Shown piece after piece: positions 64,000 through 64,000 of a stretch of DNA of 64,000 nucleotides (its first letter is position 1; each line of letters starts with the position of its first letter). The notes beneath the pieces were generated by a model. The model was not told where the DNA came from and searched no databases. It worked only from the letters and a program-made list of their open reading frames with translations. A program made the translations under genes and the position numbers. Origin of the DNA: Clostridia bacterium (lineage in GTDB: Bacteria; Bacillota; Clostridia; Christensenellales; Aristaeellaceae); assembly GCA_900769875.1 (NCBI GenBank), contig CAAGII010000016.1, positions 14,795 through 78,794 of the forward strand, read 5' to 3'.

Positions 64000-64000
64000 T

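Overview
This is a high-GC chromosomal segment. It looks Gram-positive and Clostridia-like: GGAGG-type ribosome-binding sites, many TTGACA/TATAAT-type promoters, and a core gene set of dtd, MBL hydrolase, hemZ, ppiB, zapA, U32, mutS2 and polA. That taxonomic call is an inference from gene content only.

I can support 47 protein-coding genes. I recognised no rRNA, tRNA, CRISPR array, integrase or transposase.

Layout:
- (i) 1-12.9 kb, minus strand: a glycan-uptake cluster. It holds a giant membrane-anchored solute-binding protein with two CBM-like modules, ABC permeases, an NHL-propeller lipoprotein, a Yip1-type membrane protein, an 864-aa unknown exoprotein and a GH42 beta-galactosidase.
- (ii) 13-23.4 kb: mixed accessory genes. 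These are an active GGDEF cyclase, a MATE exporter, a ZIP transporter, a PadR/DUF2812 pair, a PII-like protein plus cation antiporter, and a two-component system.
- (iii) 23.5-43.1 kb, minus strand: a ~19.6 kb exopolysaccharide locus, the most interesting part of the window. Its core resembles Bacillus subtilis ydaJKLMN: a GH8-like protein, a degenerate-GGDEF receptor with an intact RxxD site, a DUF2334-like protein, a QxxRW GT2 synthase and a BcsB-like protein. The core is expanded by an MBOAT plus SGNH/3xLamG O-acylation pair, three copies of an unrecognised polytopic membrane module, a GT-C-type protein, a thioredoxin fusion on the GH8-like protein, and wecB.
- (iv) 43.2-64 kb: housekeeping and catabolic genes. 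These are fucO, polA, a receiver-degenerate OmpR-type regulator, an IlvD/Edd dehydratase plus DapA-family aldolase, a second two-component system, mutS2, U32, zapA, cyclophilin, hemZ, an MBL hydrolase and dtd.

All family calls come from reading motifs in the translations. No database search was run. Start codons were re-picked by eye from RBS spacing and are less certain than the stops.
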